Assembly: GCF_018977255.1 (NCBI RefSeq)
Contig: NW_024704765.1
Span: 4,154,001-4,218,000, forward strand
Source: Callorhinchus milii
Lineage: Eukaryota
Direction: 5' to 3'
Length of the DNA stretch: 64,000 nucleotides
Shown: positions 13,156-26,630 of the stretch, piece after piece
Numbering within the stretch: the first letter of the stretch is position 1
How the letters are laid out: every line of letters begins with the position of its first letter
Notes under the pieces: generated by a model
What the model was told of the DNA's origin: nothing
Databases searched by the model: none
Seen by the model: the letters and a program-made list of their open reading frames with translations, nothing else
Made by a program: the position numbers and the translations under genes

Positions 13156-13557
13156 NNNNNNNNNNNNNNNNNNNNNNNNNNNNNNNNNNNNNNNNNNNNN
13201 NNNNNNNNNNNNNNNNNNNNNNNNNNNNNNNNNNNNNNNNNNNNNNNNNNNNNNNNNNNNNNNNNNNNNNNNNNNNNNNNNNNNNNNNNNNNNNNNNNNN
13301 NNNNNNNNNNNNNNNNNNNNNNNNNNNNNNNNNNNNNNNNNNNNNNNNNNNNNNNNNNNNNNNNNNNNNNNNNNNNNNNNNNNNNNNNNNNNNNNNNNNN
13401 NNNNNNNNNNNNNNNNNNNNNNNNNNNNNNNNNNNNNNNNNNNNNNNNNNNNNNNNNNNNNNNNNNNNNNNNNNNNNNNNNNNNNNNNNNNNNNNNNNNN
13501 NNNNNNNNNNNNNNNNNNNNNNNNNNNNNNNNNNNNNNNNNNNNNNNNNNNNNNNNN
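13156..13557. other. Assembly gap (N run), followed by CA/TA-rich microsatellite
   Basis: Run of N. Confidence 1.
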
Positions 13558-14424
13558 GCACACACACTTACATACATATACATACATACACATACATACA
13601 CACACTTACATACATGTATACACTCACACTTACATACATATACATACACACACACACACTTACATACATACATGCACACACACATATACTGCCAACACAT
13701 ACCGCCAGCAGCCTCAGGGCGAGTAAGGAATATGTTAACAACTCACTTACAGCAGTAACCTGGCACTTTCCATTCTCGATTCACCGTCCACATATCCAAT
13801 GGTGGGGCCCACAACAAACCTGCCCACAGCAGTCACCCAAGGACAAAACACTTCTCTCTCACTCTCTCGTTCTCTCTCACTGTGCAAATGCAGCAACTTC
13901 ATTTTATACCGTAAATAATAATAATAATAAAAATCCTTGCTTTTGACCCAGCGCCTTATCCCGTCTTCGAGACGTCTCGACTCTCGACCCTCTCGACTCT
14001 CTTCCCCCTCCTCGCTCCCTCCCTTCCCTCCCCTCACCCTGACCATTTCCCCCCTCCTTGCTCCCTCCCTTCCCTCACCCTGACCATTTCCCCCCTGCTC
14101 GGGTCATGACCCAACTGTGCAGCGCCTTGGGACGTCCTCCTGACGTGAAAGGCGCTTTATAAATGGAATCTTGTTGTTGTTGTTGTTGTCTCAACGCGCT
14201 TCACAGTGTATACTGTAAAGTGAATTGACTGTATATTTTGCGGGCGAAACGCGGCAGCCAATTGCACACAGCAGCGTCCACACAAACAGCCAGGCGCGAA
14301 TTGGCTAATTTTATTTGAGGGATTGTTGCCAAGGACACAGGGAGAGAGAAACTCCCTTCTCTTCTTCAATAGTGCCATGGGATCTTTAATGTCCACCTGA
14401 ACACACAGATGGGACCTCAGTAAA

Positions 14425-14640
14425 GCTTAAGAATTGTTATGGTCTGGAATGGACTGGGTGGTGGAAGCAGATTTGATAATAGCTTTCAATTGGATTGGTA
14501 CTTGCAAAGGAAAAATGTGCAGGGCAACGGGGTAAGAGCAAGGGAGTGGGACTAGTTGGTAGCTCTTTTGAAGAGCCGGCAGAAGCCGGCACGATGAGCT
14601 GAATGGCCTCCTTCTGTGCTGTGACATTCTATGATTCTAA
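14425..14640 (+). mobile_element. CR1-type LINE 3' tail
   Basis: gctgaatggcctccttctgtgctgtgacattctatgattcta terminal signature. Similar tails at ~16580-16750 (-) and ~61785-61940 (-). Confidence 0.7.
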
Positions 14641-15699
14641 GCTTTCCACAGAGGAAATGAATCATTGCCTGATGATATTGCCTAAGAGACTGTGTGTGTG
14701 TGTTTGTGTGCGCGTAGACATGCATGTGTGCATGATTAACGGGAACTAAACACTGCAATGAAAGAAAAAAATCTTACATTTTTATGGCTTTTCGTCAGGC
14801 TGGGACGTGGCTGTGTGTTTCACAGGGAGCTGCTGTTGAGCATAGTGATTGTAAGTGCTTCACAGAATATAACTGTATTATATTGTGAATTGACTGTATA
14901 TTTTGTGGGCAAAATGCGGTAGCCAATTGCATACAGCAGTGTCCCACAAACAGTCATGCATTGAGTGACCAAATTATTATTTGGTAATATATTTGATACA
15001 GCACCTTATCACATCATCGAGACGTCTCAAACCGCTTTGCAGAATATACTGAAAAGTGGATTAACTGTACACTTTGTGGGTGACTAGGTGGAATTTCAGG
15101 CCTCCTTAGGGCATTTGAAGCTCAATCTCTTCCCAGTGCGGTAACAAGACCCCAGGGGGCATGGGTGTAAGAATAGGTTATGGGTCCACATCTGAAATCT
15201 AAAATGTTGCTTCCCCGAACCATCTCCGTCTTCGCCTCTTCGTGTTCTCTCTCTCTCTCTCTCTGCCCGGCGAGGTATGTGAGTGATGTGGCTACATCGA
15301 AATGGGGGGAGAGAGAGAGAGAACACAGTTGTTCCCCTGCCAATGGGACGCCAAGTGAGATGTGATATTGACTTGACAAATCGCGGCCCCTTTAAATCAC
15401 ATCACCGCAGTGATGCCAGCTCCCACTGTTGCAGATCAGAGGCCAGACATAGTAAATTGTCAGGGAATTTGTAAATTGTCAAATAGTTTATCCATGGATC
15501 AGGAATTCCGTGGATGTAAATGGGAAGTGACTGACCGGCCTGGAATTGTACACAGCGGGAGTCAAAGTGTGAGTGTGATGAGTGGAATGCTGCCTTTGGC
15601 TCAGAGCAGCTCAATGTAATCAATGGAAAGTCAAAGGGGCCTCATACCTATAATGTATGATACCCTGACACAGAGCCCCCTATCATAGTGCCACAGGAG

Positions 15700-16425
15700 T
15701 GGGTAGGAACTCGGTTTCAGGTGATTCAATGTGGGGAAGTGTGAGGTCATCCACTATGAATCCAAAAAACAGAAAAACATAGGAAAACAGAATATTTTCT
15801 AAATGGTGAGAAACTAAGAACTGTGGAAGAGCAAAGGGATTTAGGTCTCCATGCACACAAATCACTAAAAACAAGCTCACAGGTACAAAACATTATCAAA
15901 AAGGCTAATGGGATGCTGGCCTATATCTCAAGGGGGCTGGGATATAAAGGAGAGAAAATGATGCTTCAACTATATAGATCCTTGATCAGACTCCATCTGG
16001 AAGCCGCGTTCAGTTTTGGGCACCACACCTCAGGAAGGATATATTGGCTCTGGAGGGGGAGCAACGCAGATTCACCAGAATGATACCAGGGCTCAAAGGG
16101 TTAAATTACGAGAACAGGTTGCATAAACTTGTTCTCTATTCCTTTGAGTTTTGAAGGTTGAGGGGTGATCTGATTGAGGTTTTTTGGATAATAAAGGGAT
16201 TCGATAGGGTAGCTACAGAGAAACTATTTCCTCTGGTGGCGGAATCCTGAACAGGAGGCATTTTTTCACCCAAAGGGCAGTGGAGTGCTCTCTTCCAAAA
16301 GGCTGTAGATACTGGATCCATTCACATTTTCAAGGCTGAGGTGGGTAGATATTTGTTTGGTCAGGATAACAAGGGATTCAAGGCAAGGGTGATTGGAGTC
16401 GAGGGGCTGAATGGCCTCCTCATGT
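15700..16425 (+). mobile_element. Degenerate CR1-clade LINE 3' fragment
   Basis: VEEQRDLGLHAHKSLK..KKANGMLAYISRGLGYK..MLQLYRSLIRLHLE is a CR1 RT C-terminal motif, with frameshifts; ends in ggctgaatggcctcct. Confidence 0.85.
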
Positions 16426-17312
16426 TTCTATCATTGGTGCATCGCTTTGTGGAGGTAGCAATCCCTCCAAACAAAAAATGTGGTCACTCGGTCCACGTCT
16501 GCTTGTGGGACACTTGCTGTGCGTAATTGGCTGTGATAAGGCGCTATATCAAATGCAAGGATTATTATTATTATTGTGGAAATTAACAGCTCTGAAGAAG
16601 GCCATTTGGCTCATTGGGTCTGTGTCGGGTCCTTCAGAGCAATTTCAGTCCCATTTCTTGGTCGTTTCCCCACCGCCCTCCCTGTAGTTTACTCCTTTTT
16701 ACGTATTAATCGAGTCCCCTTTTGAGAGCAATTAGTGTTGCAACACTCCAGCAGAGCCCCCCCATCCCCCCACTGTAGTCGGTTGGAGTTTCCATCCCCC
16801 TCTCCCAATGTCCCAATTCTTAATAATAATAATAATCTTTGGATTTGATAAAGCGCCTTATCATGTCTTTGAGACACCAGCATACACCATAAACAACAAC
16901 AACAGCACGTTAAATTTGTATAGCGCCTGTCACATTAGGAATTGACTGTAAAGTGAATTGACCGTGTATTTTGTGGGCAAAACATGGCTAAACATGGCTA
17001 ATCCTGGCACATGTCATATCCACATGTCTCCGAGAGCTGGCGATGACCAGATCACGTGTGGGACACGGTCAGGGCCTCGCGCGTGGAGGGCACTATATAA
17101 ATCCAAGTTGTTGTAAGTTGTTGTTGTCCCTCACAACAAAAGTTGAATGGAAGCAAGTCAGAGCAACCGGCAAAACTAGTTCAGGTGGTGAGAGGGAGGA
17201 GGGTCCGGGCTGGAGGCAGAATCACAAATAGAAGGGAAAAAGGCAGTGAGAAAAGGGGACGGAAAACCACTTCTTTGTTAAGAACTTCAGCAAAACAGCT
17301 TCACATGAACTC

Positions 17313-18050
17313 AGCCCATTCACATAGACGCTACACAGACCCATTCACACAGACACTACACAGACCCATTCACACAGACACTACACAGACCCATTCACAC
17401 AGACACTACACAGACCCATTCACACAGACACTACACAGACCCATTCACACATTAGTCCCATTCACACTTACACTTCACAGCCCCATTCACACAGACACAA
17501 CACAGTCCCATTCACACATACACAAAACAGTCCCATTCACACATCAGTCCCATTAACACAGACCCTACACAGCCCCATTCTACAGACACTATACAGTCCC
17601 ATTCCATTCACACATACTACACAGCCCCATTCACAGACACTACACAGCCCCATTCACACATACACTACACAGCCTCATTCACACACACTACACAGCCTCA
17701 TCCCATTCACACATATATTACACAGTCCCATTCACACAGACACTACACAGCCTGATTCACACATACATTACACAGCCCCTTTCACACAGACACTACACAG
17801 CCCCATTCACACAGATATTACACAGCCCCAATCACACATACACTATCCCATTCACTCATATACTACACCATTCCATTCACACATATACTATATAGCCCCA
17901 TTCATACATACACTACGCAGCCCCATTCACACATACACTATCCCATTCACTCATACACTACACCGTCCCATTCACACATACACTACACCATTCCATTCAC
18001 ACATATACTATACAGCCCCATTCTCACATCAGTCCCATTTATACATATAC
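17313..18050. repeat. ~22-24-bp minisatellite (cacacagacactacacagccccatt)
   Basis: About 30 degenerate units; one more unit resumes at 18603-18628, after the L2 insertion. Confidence 0.9.
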
Positions 18051-18051
18051 A

Positions 18052-18600
18052 ACAACAACAACAACACACCAATAAGATTCCATTTATTGAGCGCCTTTCA
18101 CGTCGGGAGGACATCCCAAGGCGCTGTACAGTTGGGTCAGGACCCGAGCATTGGGGCGAAATGGTCAGGGTGAGGGGAGGGAAGGGAGGGAGCGAGGAGG
18201 GGGTAGAGAGTCGAGAGGGGAGCTGAAGGCTCGGTCAAAGAGAAAGGGCTTGAGACCGGCCTTGAAGGAGGAAAGGGAGGAAGCGGCGAAGGCACTGGGG
18301 GATAGAGTTCCAGAGCCTCGGGGCTGAGAGGCTGAAGGCCCGGCCACCGATGGTAGGGCGGTTGGGGCGGGGGATGTGGAGCAGACCGGAGGCAGAGGAA
18401 CGGAGGGTATGGGCAGGTAAGTAGGGGGATAGCAGGTCGGAGAGGTAGGAGGGAGCGAGGCCGTGAATGGCCTTGTAGGTGAGGGTGAGGATCTTGAATT
18501 CGATCCTCTGGGGGATGGGGAGCCAGTGGAGGCGAGCGAGGGTGGGAGTGATGTGGTCACGAAGCCTGGTGCGGGACAGTACACGAGCTGCAGAGTTCTG
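18052..18600 (-). mobile_element. 5'-truncated L2-clade LINE (ORF2 C-terminus + 3' UTR + (GTT)n tail)
   Basis: Minus-strand translation QNSAARVLSRTRLRDHITPTLARLHWLPIPQRIEFKILTLTYKAIHGLAPSYLSDL..GGRAFS..APRLWNS is typical of the L2 RT C-terminal region; tail cgtgaaaggcgctcaataaatggaatc..gttgttg. Confidence 0.9.
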
Positions 18601-19639
18601 AGTATACTACACAGCCCCATTCACACATGTGATACATGACACTGGTGATGATCTGATAGAGACTGAGAGATCAGGGCTGTATCTGTGACACTGTTGGAAC
18701 TGTTCAGCCCAACCTGCTTGACAATGACCTCGGGATCGAGTTGTCCCAACAACACAGTAAACTCATGTGAGTGTTTGTGTGGCAATAAACAGGGGATGAG
18801 TGGAGATGTTTAATTAAATCTGGGCTGTACTGAGGCACATGTGAGCTGATTCCTGCGGCTGGCCGGCTGTGTGTGGGTGACAGGTGGGAAGCTATAACTG
18901 GAAGCCAGTTACTCACCCCGATGACTGTGCTGTGAATAACACCCTCTGCCAGCTGGCAGCTAACCTAATACTTCCTATTTACCTTCTTCTTTCATTACCA
19001 GAGGAAGCAGGGCCCCCGAATTCATCACAATCTCAGCCTTAAGGCCAATACTGTAACATTTTACAATTGTGGACATTTGTTTATCTCAGTGGTTAGAGCG
19101 CTCCCCTTGCAAGTGAGAGGGCATGGGTTCAATTCCCGGCAGGGAGAATCATTGGGAAAGTTTTCTTACTCCACACACCTCTGATTACCTAGCAAAAAGT
19201 AAGAGCCCAATTGTTAGTTGACTGGCAGATCGCTTTTCCAGGAATAATAATCCCTTCAAAATAAAGTAATAAAATAGATAATAATAATTTGGTAACTCCG
19301 TGACTGTTTGTGGGACACTGCTGTGCGCAATTGGAAGGGGAGGGGAGCAAATGGTTGCACTGGGGAATTTGTAGTTAATTACATGTAACAGAAAAAGAGT
19401 GTGCTGTTATATAACATAAGGTTATAGCCAGTAACATACAGTGGGTTATATAATATACAGTATTATAGCCAGGAACACACAGTGTGTTATTATGTAAACA
19501 CGGTGTGTAATGACACGCCTAAGTTAATTCTGCCTAAATGTTGCACAATTCCAGTCGTGAGGAAATGAATGAAACACTATTTTCTGTTTCCTACCAACAG
19601 AAGGACTGGGCACTGAAATATGATTCTCTCGGCCTTCCA

Positions 19640-19995
19640 CTGTTCAGCCACATTTTTCAGAGTGTGCGCTCTAGGCTCAAGCCTCACATTGGCCTCACAG
19701 TCTAAGCTGATGCTCCAGGGAGATGCTGGGAAGGAAACACGGCAATGTCCAAGGCGCCGTCTTTCGGATGAGACATGAAACCGAGATCCCATCTGTGCCC
19801 TGCGCAGGTGGATGTTAAAGCTCCCGCGGCGCTATTGGAAACAAGAAAGGAGTTTCTCTCTCTCTCAGTGTCCTGCTCCACATTCAACTCATGGCCATCT
19901 GCTGGACTTTGCTGTGTGCAAATTGGCTGCCACACAGCAGTCTCTGCTCTTAACATTGATAACTGTGAAGCAGGTGCTTTGAGATGTTATAGCAT
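19640..19995 (+). mobile_element. Old Deu-domain SINE (DeuSINE-like) fragment
   Basis: gccgtctttcggatgagac..aaaccgagatccc..caggtggatgttaaagctccc..gctattggaa..ggagtttctc..gtgtcctg resembles the central Deu domain (recognised from memory). Related fragments at ~920-1110, 14300-14420, 40740-40860, 53750-53950, 57340-57900 and 63240-63330. Confidence 0.6.
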
Positions 19996-22900
19996 CATGA
20001 TGAAGTTCTGCAACATAATAATCCCTTCAAAAAAAAATAAAAAATTAATTTGGTTACTAAATCTACGACTGTGAGTGGGACACTGATGTACACAATCAGC
20101 TGCTATGTTTTGCCCACAAAATACACAGTCGTGGACATTCTGTGAAGTGTTTTGAGACGTCTCAAAGACGTGATAAGGGAAGGATCAAATGCAAGGATTT
20201 TTGTTATTAGCAGGCAGTCAAACCATCTCAAAGCACTTTGCAGGATTTTTACTGTTGATTGTAGTGACTGTGCATTTTGTAGGAGAACAAATTAATTGAG
20301 GCAACAACCACAGTGTCCCAACAGTGACCCTGAATTTGGAGAGAGAGAGAGAGAGATAAAGAGAAAGCGCAGAGTGGAAGGGAGAGAGCAGGGAGGGCAG
20401 TGACATTTGGAATTAAACACCAAACGCAACATGCTTGAGGAACAATAGCGCGGTCGGGCAGTGATGGCCCAGGTATGTGGCTCATCAGGTTGACAGGTGG
20501 CATCCTGCGTAGTGTGAGCCTGGGGCAGAGAGTGGAACAGTGATATATTCATTAACTAAACAATAGGTGTGACAGTCCTGAGCAGCCGGCTCTGGGTGTG
20601 TGTGTGTGTTTGTGACTCCAGCCAACCCTCCTGACTGCAGCAACTGCAGCGTTGCCAATTCTGCACAAAGCATTGACTTCTTTCAGAAACAAACCTCCAC
20701 TTCTCTCCCTCTGTCTCAATAAACAAATTGCATTCACACAGCGCCTTTCACGTTGGGAGGACGTCCCAAGGCGCTGGACAGTGAGGGGTTTGCGCCTGAG
20801 CTGGGGGTTAGGATCAGAGAGGGGTGGAGGGCAAGGATGTGTGTGAAGGATGGAAGTTGACGGAAGGCATGCTCGAAAAGGAAGGTCTTGAGATGGGCCT
20901 TAAAGGAGACAAGGGAGGGGTGAGGCAGAGGGGCTCTGGGATGGAGTTCCAGAGGGTGTGGAGGGTAGAAAGACTGGAGAGCCAACCCCTGATAGTGGAG
21001 CGGGCAGAGCGGGGTCTCTCTGGGTCTATTGCTACCCCCGCTTCCTCCCCAGGAGATAACTAACAAATGCTTCTCATTAATTGTTGGGTTCCTGAATTGA
21101 GGTTCCCTCTGTTTGCCCTGGTTTGCACATGAGAATTTGTGGGGCGAAAGAAGACCAAGATCTATCCAGTTCACTTGCCACCATCCTGGCAGTGGCTTGC
21201 TCGCTTGTCCTCTGACGTGAAAGGCACTATCAAAATGTAATTTGTTGTTGTTGTTGTACATGGATTTGCACATGGTGCACAATCACCCAGAGTTTGCACG
21301 AGTTGTGAGCTTGGGCATGAGCTGATGTGCGAAGCAGGCGAGTGAGCATTGGGCAGGCGAGATCTCTGTCTCTCACTGCTCACGTCCTGATATAAAGCCT
21401 CGGGTGCAGGTGGTGCTGTGTGGGTTAAAGCCGCCAGTTGTGTGTTGTGGCTCACTGACGCCTGTTTGAAAGTCGAGGTGATGCGTAAGGACTGGCTGGG
21501 CGGGCGGGGAGGGCGGAAGCTGGTATTAAGGTGGGCTCCAGTGCAGAAAGCTGGCACCACCCCCACCCTCCCCAACACACACACACACACACACACAGAC
21601 ACACACCTACAGGGAAGAGCATGTTTGAACCACACACAGCACATGGGCTGGTAGGGCTGACTGTCTTTGGCTCGTTGCCCAGAGCTCAGTAACCTGTTAC
21701 ACCAGTCACTTTGTCCTCCACCACCGCCCCCGGCCTCTGTGCTGCCAAATCCCTTCCTGTGCTCCTATCAGTGCCAGATAACCACACACCTGCCTGCCGG
21801 AGGGTGGGGGGGTGGGAAGTAGCTTGTGTGTAAAGGCCGCTGCCAGACAGCGCACGGCTGGCTCTGGGCACCACACACAATGTTCTTCATTGTTCCCCCA
21901 CACACACACAGCTCAGTGCTGGGCTCCAGCCAGCAACACACCGGCACTCGCAGCAGCACAGCACAGTGCAACACAGCACCGCGCAGCCCAGCTCAGCGCT
22001 AAATAAAGTGCAGCACAGCAATAACCACAAATTACATTTGTATAGTGCGGTCAGGAGGACGTCCCAAGGCGCTGGGGACACAGCCCAGTGCAGCTCAGAG
22101 CAACGTAATGCAAAATAGCACAGTCCAGCCCAGGGCAACACTGCCCCATTGCAAACGCATTCATGATGTTGAGTACAAGAGCTTGGAGACCTTCTGATGC
22201 TTTATTGAGTTCATTTATCACAAATCTGGAGAGTGGGGAAGGGGCGGGCGGAACGTATATCTTGGTGACGCCTCCTCCCCCCCACCATCGCTGGCTGGAT
22301 AGCGGATTCACACACACAGTGAGAGGACAAATGTCATATGAGTGTGTGTCAGTGTCAGGGTGTGTGTGTGTATGTATATGAATATATATGTGAGTCACTG
22401 TGTGTGTAGATGTGTGTGAGTGTGTATATCAGCCTGCGTGTGAGTGTGCATGTCAGTGAGTGTGTGTATATGTGTGTGTGTCAGTACGTGTGTGAGTGCA
22501 GACGCAACTCTGACTGTGTGCAGTTGATGCCTGTGCGCACGTTCCCTCAGGTGTTTACTGTCTCAGACCTTTACCTTTGACTGTTGTGCTGTCAGTGTTT
22601 ACAGAGAGTGCCAGTGAGACAGCGTGTTCCCCACGCCAGCCTGTGTACACAGTGTCAGGCCACCTCTGTGGGGGTGGGGGGGTGGGAGCTGCCGTGGAGT
22701 TTCCAGCTCAGAGGCCAGAGATCTGCAATAACCCACCTCACACCCATTATACCCCATGTCACCCCCTCCCCAGGGCTCAGGGGGAAAGCTGCTGTGTGGT
22801 GTGCAGCTCTCACCAGGTCCCACCACCACCCACCCGCAAACTGGTCAGTGTGGGGAGGTGTGTGTGTGGGGGTGGGGGTACACATTGTTGAGCCCAACTC

Positions 22901-24994
22901 TGAGGGGAGGGGGTGGCTGGGAAGGTGGAGGGGAGCTGAGAAGGTGGTGTGGGGGGGGGGGCGAGGGCGGGTAGCGGCACACCCTTCTGCCCCCACGGGG
23001 TGGTTGGGACAGGCAGGCTGGTTACAGGTGAGTTGCCCTCTGCATGATGTCAGCTCTCGCTTCCTGGCAGCAAGAGGGGAATTTTCAGCATTGAGACACT
23101 TGACGTCAGGTGATATCATGAAGCGAGGGTTCACTCTGGGAGTAACTGCTTTCGCCCACAAAACACACAGTCACTACATTGCATAGTGTATCCTGGGAAG
23201 CGCTTTGAGACGTCTCGATGATAAAGTGCAATATCAAATGCAAGGATTATTACTATTATTATTTGCTCTGTTGGAATACTTTGAGCTCACAATCCAGGCC
23301 GATACATTCGCTCACGCCACTCAAATGCTCACTCCGTGTCAATCTACACTCACAGGGCAGCTAAGGCAGAGCATGGAAACACCAGGCAAGCATGCTATAT
23401 GTTGCTGGTGAGATTAGAGCTTTACTGTGTCTCTAACCCTGACCTGGGTGGAGTGAGCACTCAGCAATGCCTCCGTCCCACCCGCCCCCCCCCAATCCCT
23501 CAGGTGTGTGACCTGTCCCCCGCTCAGGTGTATTACCTGAACCCTTTTGACTTGAAAGGCAGTGTGTAAATGCAATTTGTTGTTGAGCTGAGCCGGTCTG
23601 AGTCAGAATTGGAGCTAAGCTGGAGCTGAGGTGAGTGGAAGTTGTGAACCAGTTTGTGAGCTCCTGCTGCAGGCAAGACAAGCTCGGCCTCAGGAATGCC
23701 TTTGTGCTGCACAGGAAACCACGGTAATGGGCCTGGCTGCTCGCTCGCTGGCTGTGGGTGCGGCTGTTTATCTTTCAGCCCCAGATGGAATCCCACTTGA
23801 CTTGTCCCCGCGGCACAGGGTGTCGTTACTCAGTCTCCTCGAGACGCTCAGGCCAACAGGTCACCAGAGAATTCTCACTCACGCACTCATTCAGTCAGTC
23901 ACTCACTCATGCAAACACTGACTGACTCACTCGCCCATCCCAGGACCACCGCTTCCTCCCTGAGTACAGCCCACTCCTCCCGTGATATCCAGGTCCCGAA
24001 CCCACGCCCCAGACAGAGATTCACCGATAAACACCAGGCCAGGTACGCTTCCCTTCCTGCCTTTCTCAGAAAGGTGGTGCAACTGAGAACACGAAGTTCT
24101 TGTTCTCAGTGTGATGGGGAGTGTAAAGAGAGGCAGTCACATGTGCAAAACAATACTAAGAATAGCTACAGTTCACAATAAAAATAATCTCCTCTCATGC
24201 CATCACCTCCCGGGCGAGAGAGAGAGAGAGAGCGATAAGGTGGTGCTGATTCTCAGGCACACGCGGGTGGGCGGGGGAAGCCCGGTCAGGAAGCAGCTTA
24301 TCATCGAAGCATCTCGCAGACAGTTACTGGCCAACACACTGCTTCTTCCTTCATAGCTAGACAAGTCGGGGATCGGTGCTGAGCCAGGCTCCCAGGTCAG
24401 GGTTAGAGACAAAGTAAAGCTCCCCCTACCCTGTACATCCATCACTCCCGGGTCAGGGTTACAGACAGAGTACCATATCCCTCTGAATAGACAACAATCT
24501 CATTCCAAAATATCTGATTGATTGTTTTTACTGATTTCTTCACAAACTGCTTGTTGCTGACTGACTCTGTGTCTGACGACCCACAGGCTCGCTTGGTGTC
24601 TGTCTCTCCCAGATGTGGTCACTTCTGCACCAACGGAGCCAAGCTGAGCTAAGCCAAGCCGGGCTGGGCTGAGTCACAGTGTGTGTAAGAGAGAGAGAGG
24701 AGGCGTGTGCCTGAGCAAGCTGCTCACAATTACACAGCAGAGGAGTAGGGCTGAAACTACAGGCTCTTGCTCCGATGTCACAGCGGAGGAAATTACCAAG
24801 TTATTCTTGGAAAAAGTGGGAGTTTTAACATTCCAAGCTGGGGCTACATGGAATGATCACTCACCTCCAGGGCACCTGCTACTGGTTTCCTGTTTAAAAG
24901 GGGTTGGGGGGTGGTTCTCAGAAATCAATCCATCTGCCAACACTAACCAGGCAACCTGCCTAAACCAAGCAAATCATCCTCACAGTAAATTGCT

Positions 24995-25225
24995 CTAACC
25001 CTGTGTTTGTCATTGACCTGGGATAGTGGATGAATAATGCAGAGGGAACTTTACTGTGTCCCGAACCCTGACCTGGGAATGTAGATGGACAGTGTAGAGG
25101 GAGCTTTACTGTGTTTCTAACCCTGACCCGGGAATGTGGACGGACAGGGTAGAGGGAGCTTTACTGTGTTTCTAACCCTGACCCGGGAATGTGGACGGAC
25201 AGGGTAGAGGGAGCTTTACTGTGTC
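24995..25225 (+). repeat. Tandem array of a dispersed 55-bp repeat
   Basis: Unit ccctgacc(t/c)gggaatgtggacggacagtgtagagggagctttactgtgtttctaa starting at ~25066, 25121 and 25176, plus a degenerate first unit. Confidence 0.85.
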
Positions 25226-26389
25226 ACTGCACAGAGTGTGGCAGTGGCTGGAAGAATGGTCACCAGGAGGTGAAGGAGACCGCATGGTGTGTCTATCTTC
25301 GCTGGTGAGCAGATAAGTCAGCGAGGGAGCGAGTTGTCCGCGATGTCAGCGAGAGGAAATGGATCTTGTAACATCCGCAATAAAGGTTTATTGTGTTGTA
25401 AACTGTATGTGTTGTTGAGTAACTGTCTGTGTGCTGCTTGGTTTTGAGTAGTAATTATAGCTCTGCAATCTGCTCTCTGTGAATCATGGATCTTTGGTAA
25501 CATTTAGATATGTGAACCCACACCCCTGCACGCATGCATATACACAAATGTTCACACACCTCACTGCACGCATGCAAAAGCACCTGTTCACATACACGTT
25601 CTTGCACACACATAACCCTACACATACATAGTCCTATACACACACAACTCTACACACCTGCACACGCGCGCATAACCCTGCACACACACCTGTGCACCAA
25701 CTCACCTCTGTGGACCCAAAACCCTACACACACACACCCCTGCACATATGCACAAACACACATGTATTGATACATGCACGTACACACAGAAACACAGTAT
25801 CATGTGCAGGTTGTATTATATATTTGTGGATCATTGCTCCTGTTCTGACTGTTGGTAATTTAGGTTCTGTGTCAGGGTTCTTGCCCTACTTTCTCCTCCT
25901 CATCAAATCTGCCCCAAATTCAGATGATTGAGTTGCTCCCCTTCATTGTCGGTTAGTGTCAGACGGCTCTGTTTTCTAATCAGTTTCATTTTGTAAAGCG
26001 CTTTGAAACATTTGGTTTATGTAAAAGGCGTATGTACAACTTATTGTTCTGTGTGGAAGTCACGGGCACACATTCTTGCTCGGTGGGTTCAAGGGTCACC
26101 CGCCAGTGCCCTCCCTCCTGTGTGGCTGGATGACTCGGAGCAAAGCAATGAGGGCGGGAGCCCATTTTGTCCCACTGAGTCATGCCTTTCCTGTGCTTCA
26201 CAACGTGATGAATGGGGGATGGACGCTGACAGGAAATGTTTGGAGAATGGGATTCCGTGATGGAAATGAGTGTGTTTGGGATTGTGCAATGGTGGAGCTA
26301 TAATTGGATTGTAATATACACAAGTGATTTGGTTTGGATGTAATTGGTTTATGATATAATTGGACACTGATAAGATGCAGAGTTGGGAA

Positions 26390-26630
26390 GTTGAGTTTTG
26401 GGAGGGTTAGGGTTTGAGGGTTGGTGTTTGAGGGTTAGTGTTGAGGGCTAGGGGTTGAGGGTTGGGATTGGGGCTGAGAACTGGGGGCTGGGGTTGAGGT
26501 TATAGGCTAGGTTGGTTTGAGGGTTGGAGTTGGGGATGAGGGTTGGGGATTGAGGTTGAGGGTTTAGACTAGGGGTTAGAGTTGGGGTTAGGGGTTGAGA
26601 ATTGGAGTTGTGGCTGGGGTTGAGGGTTGG
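26390..26630 (+). repeat. Degenerate telomere-like G-rich hexamer tract
   Basis: gggttagggtttgagggttgg..ggggttagagttggggttaggggttgag. Confidence 0.6.

Noticed and set aside
13059-13946. ORFs spanning N runs (also 43336-44127)
   Set aside because: Artefacts of assembly gaps. Only the part matching prothymosin exon 2 is real.
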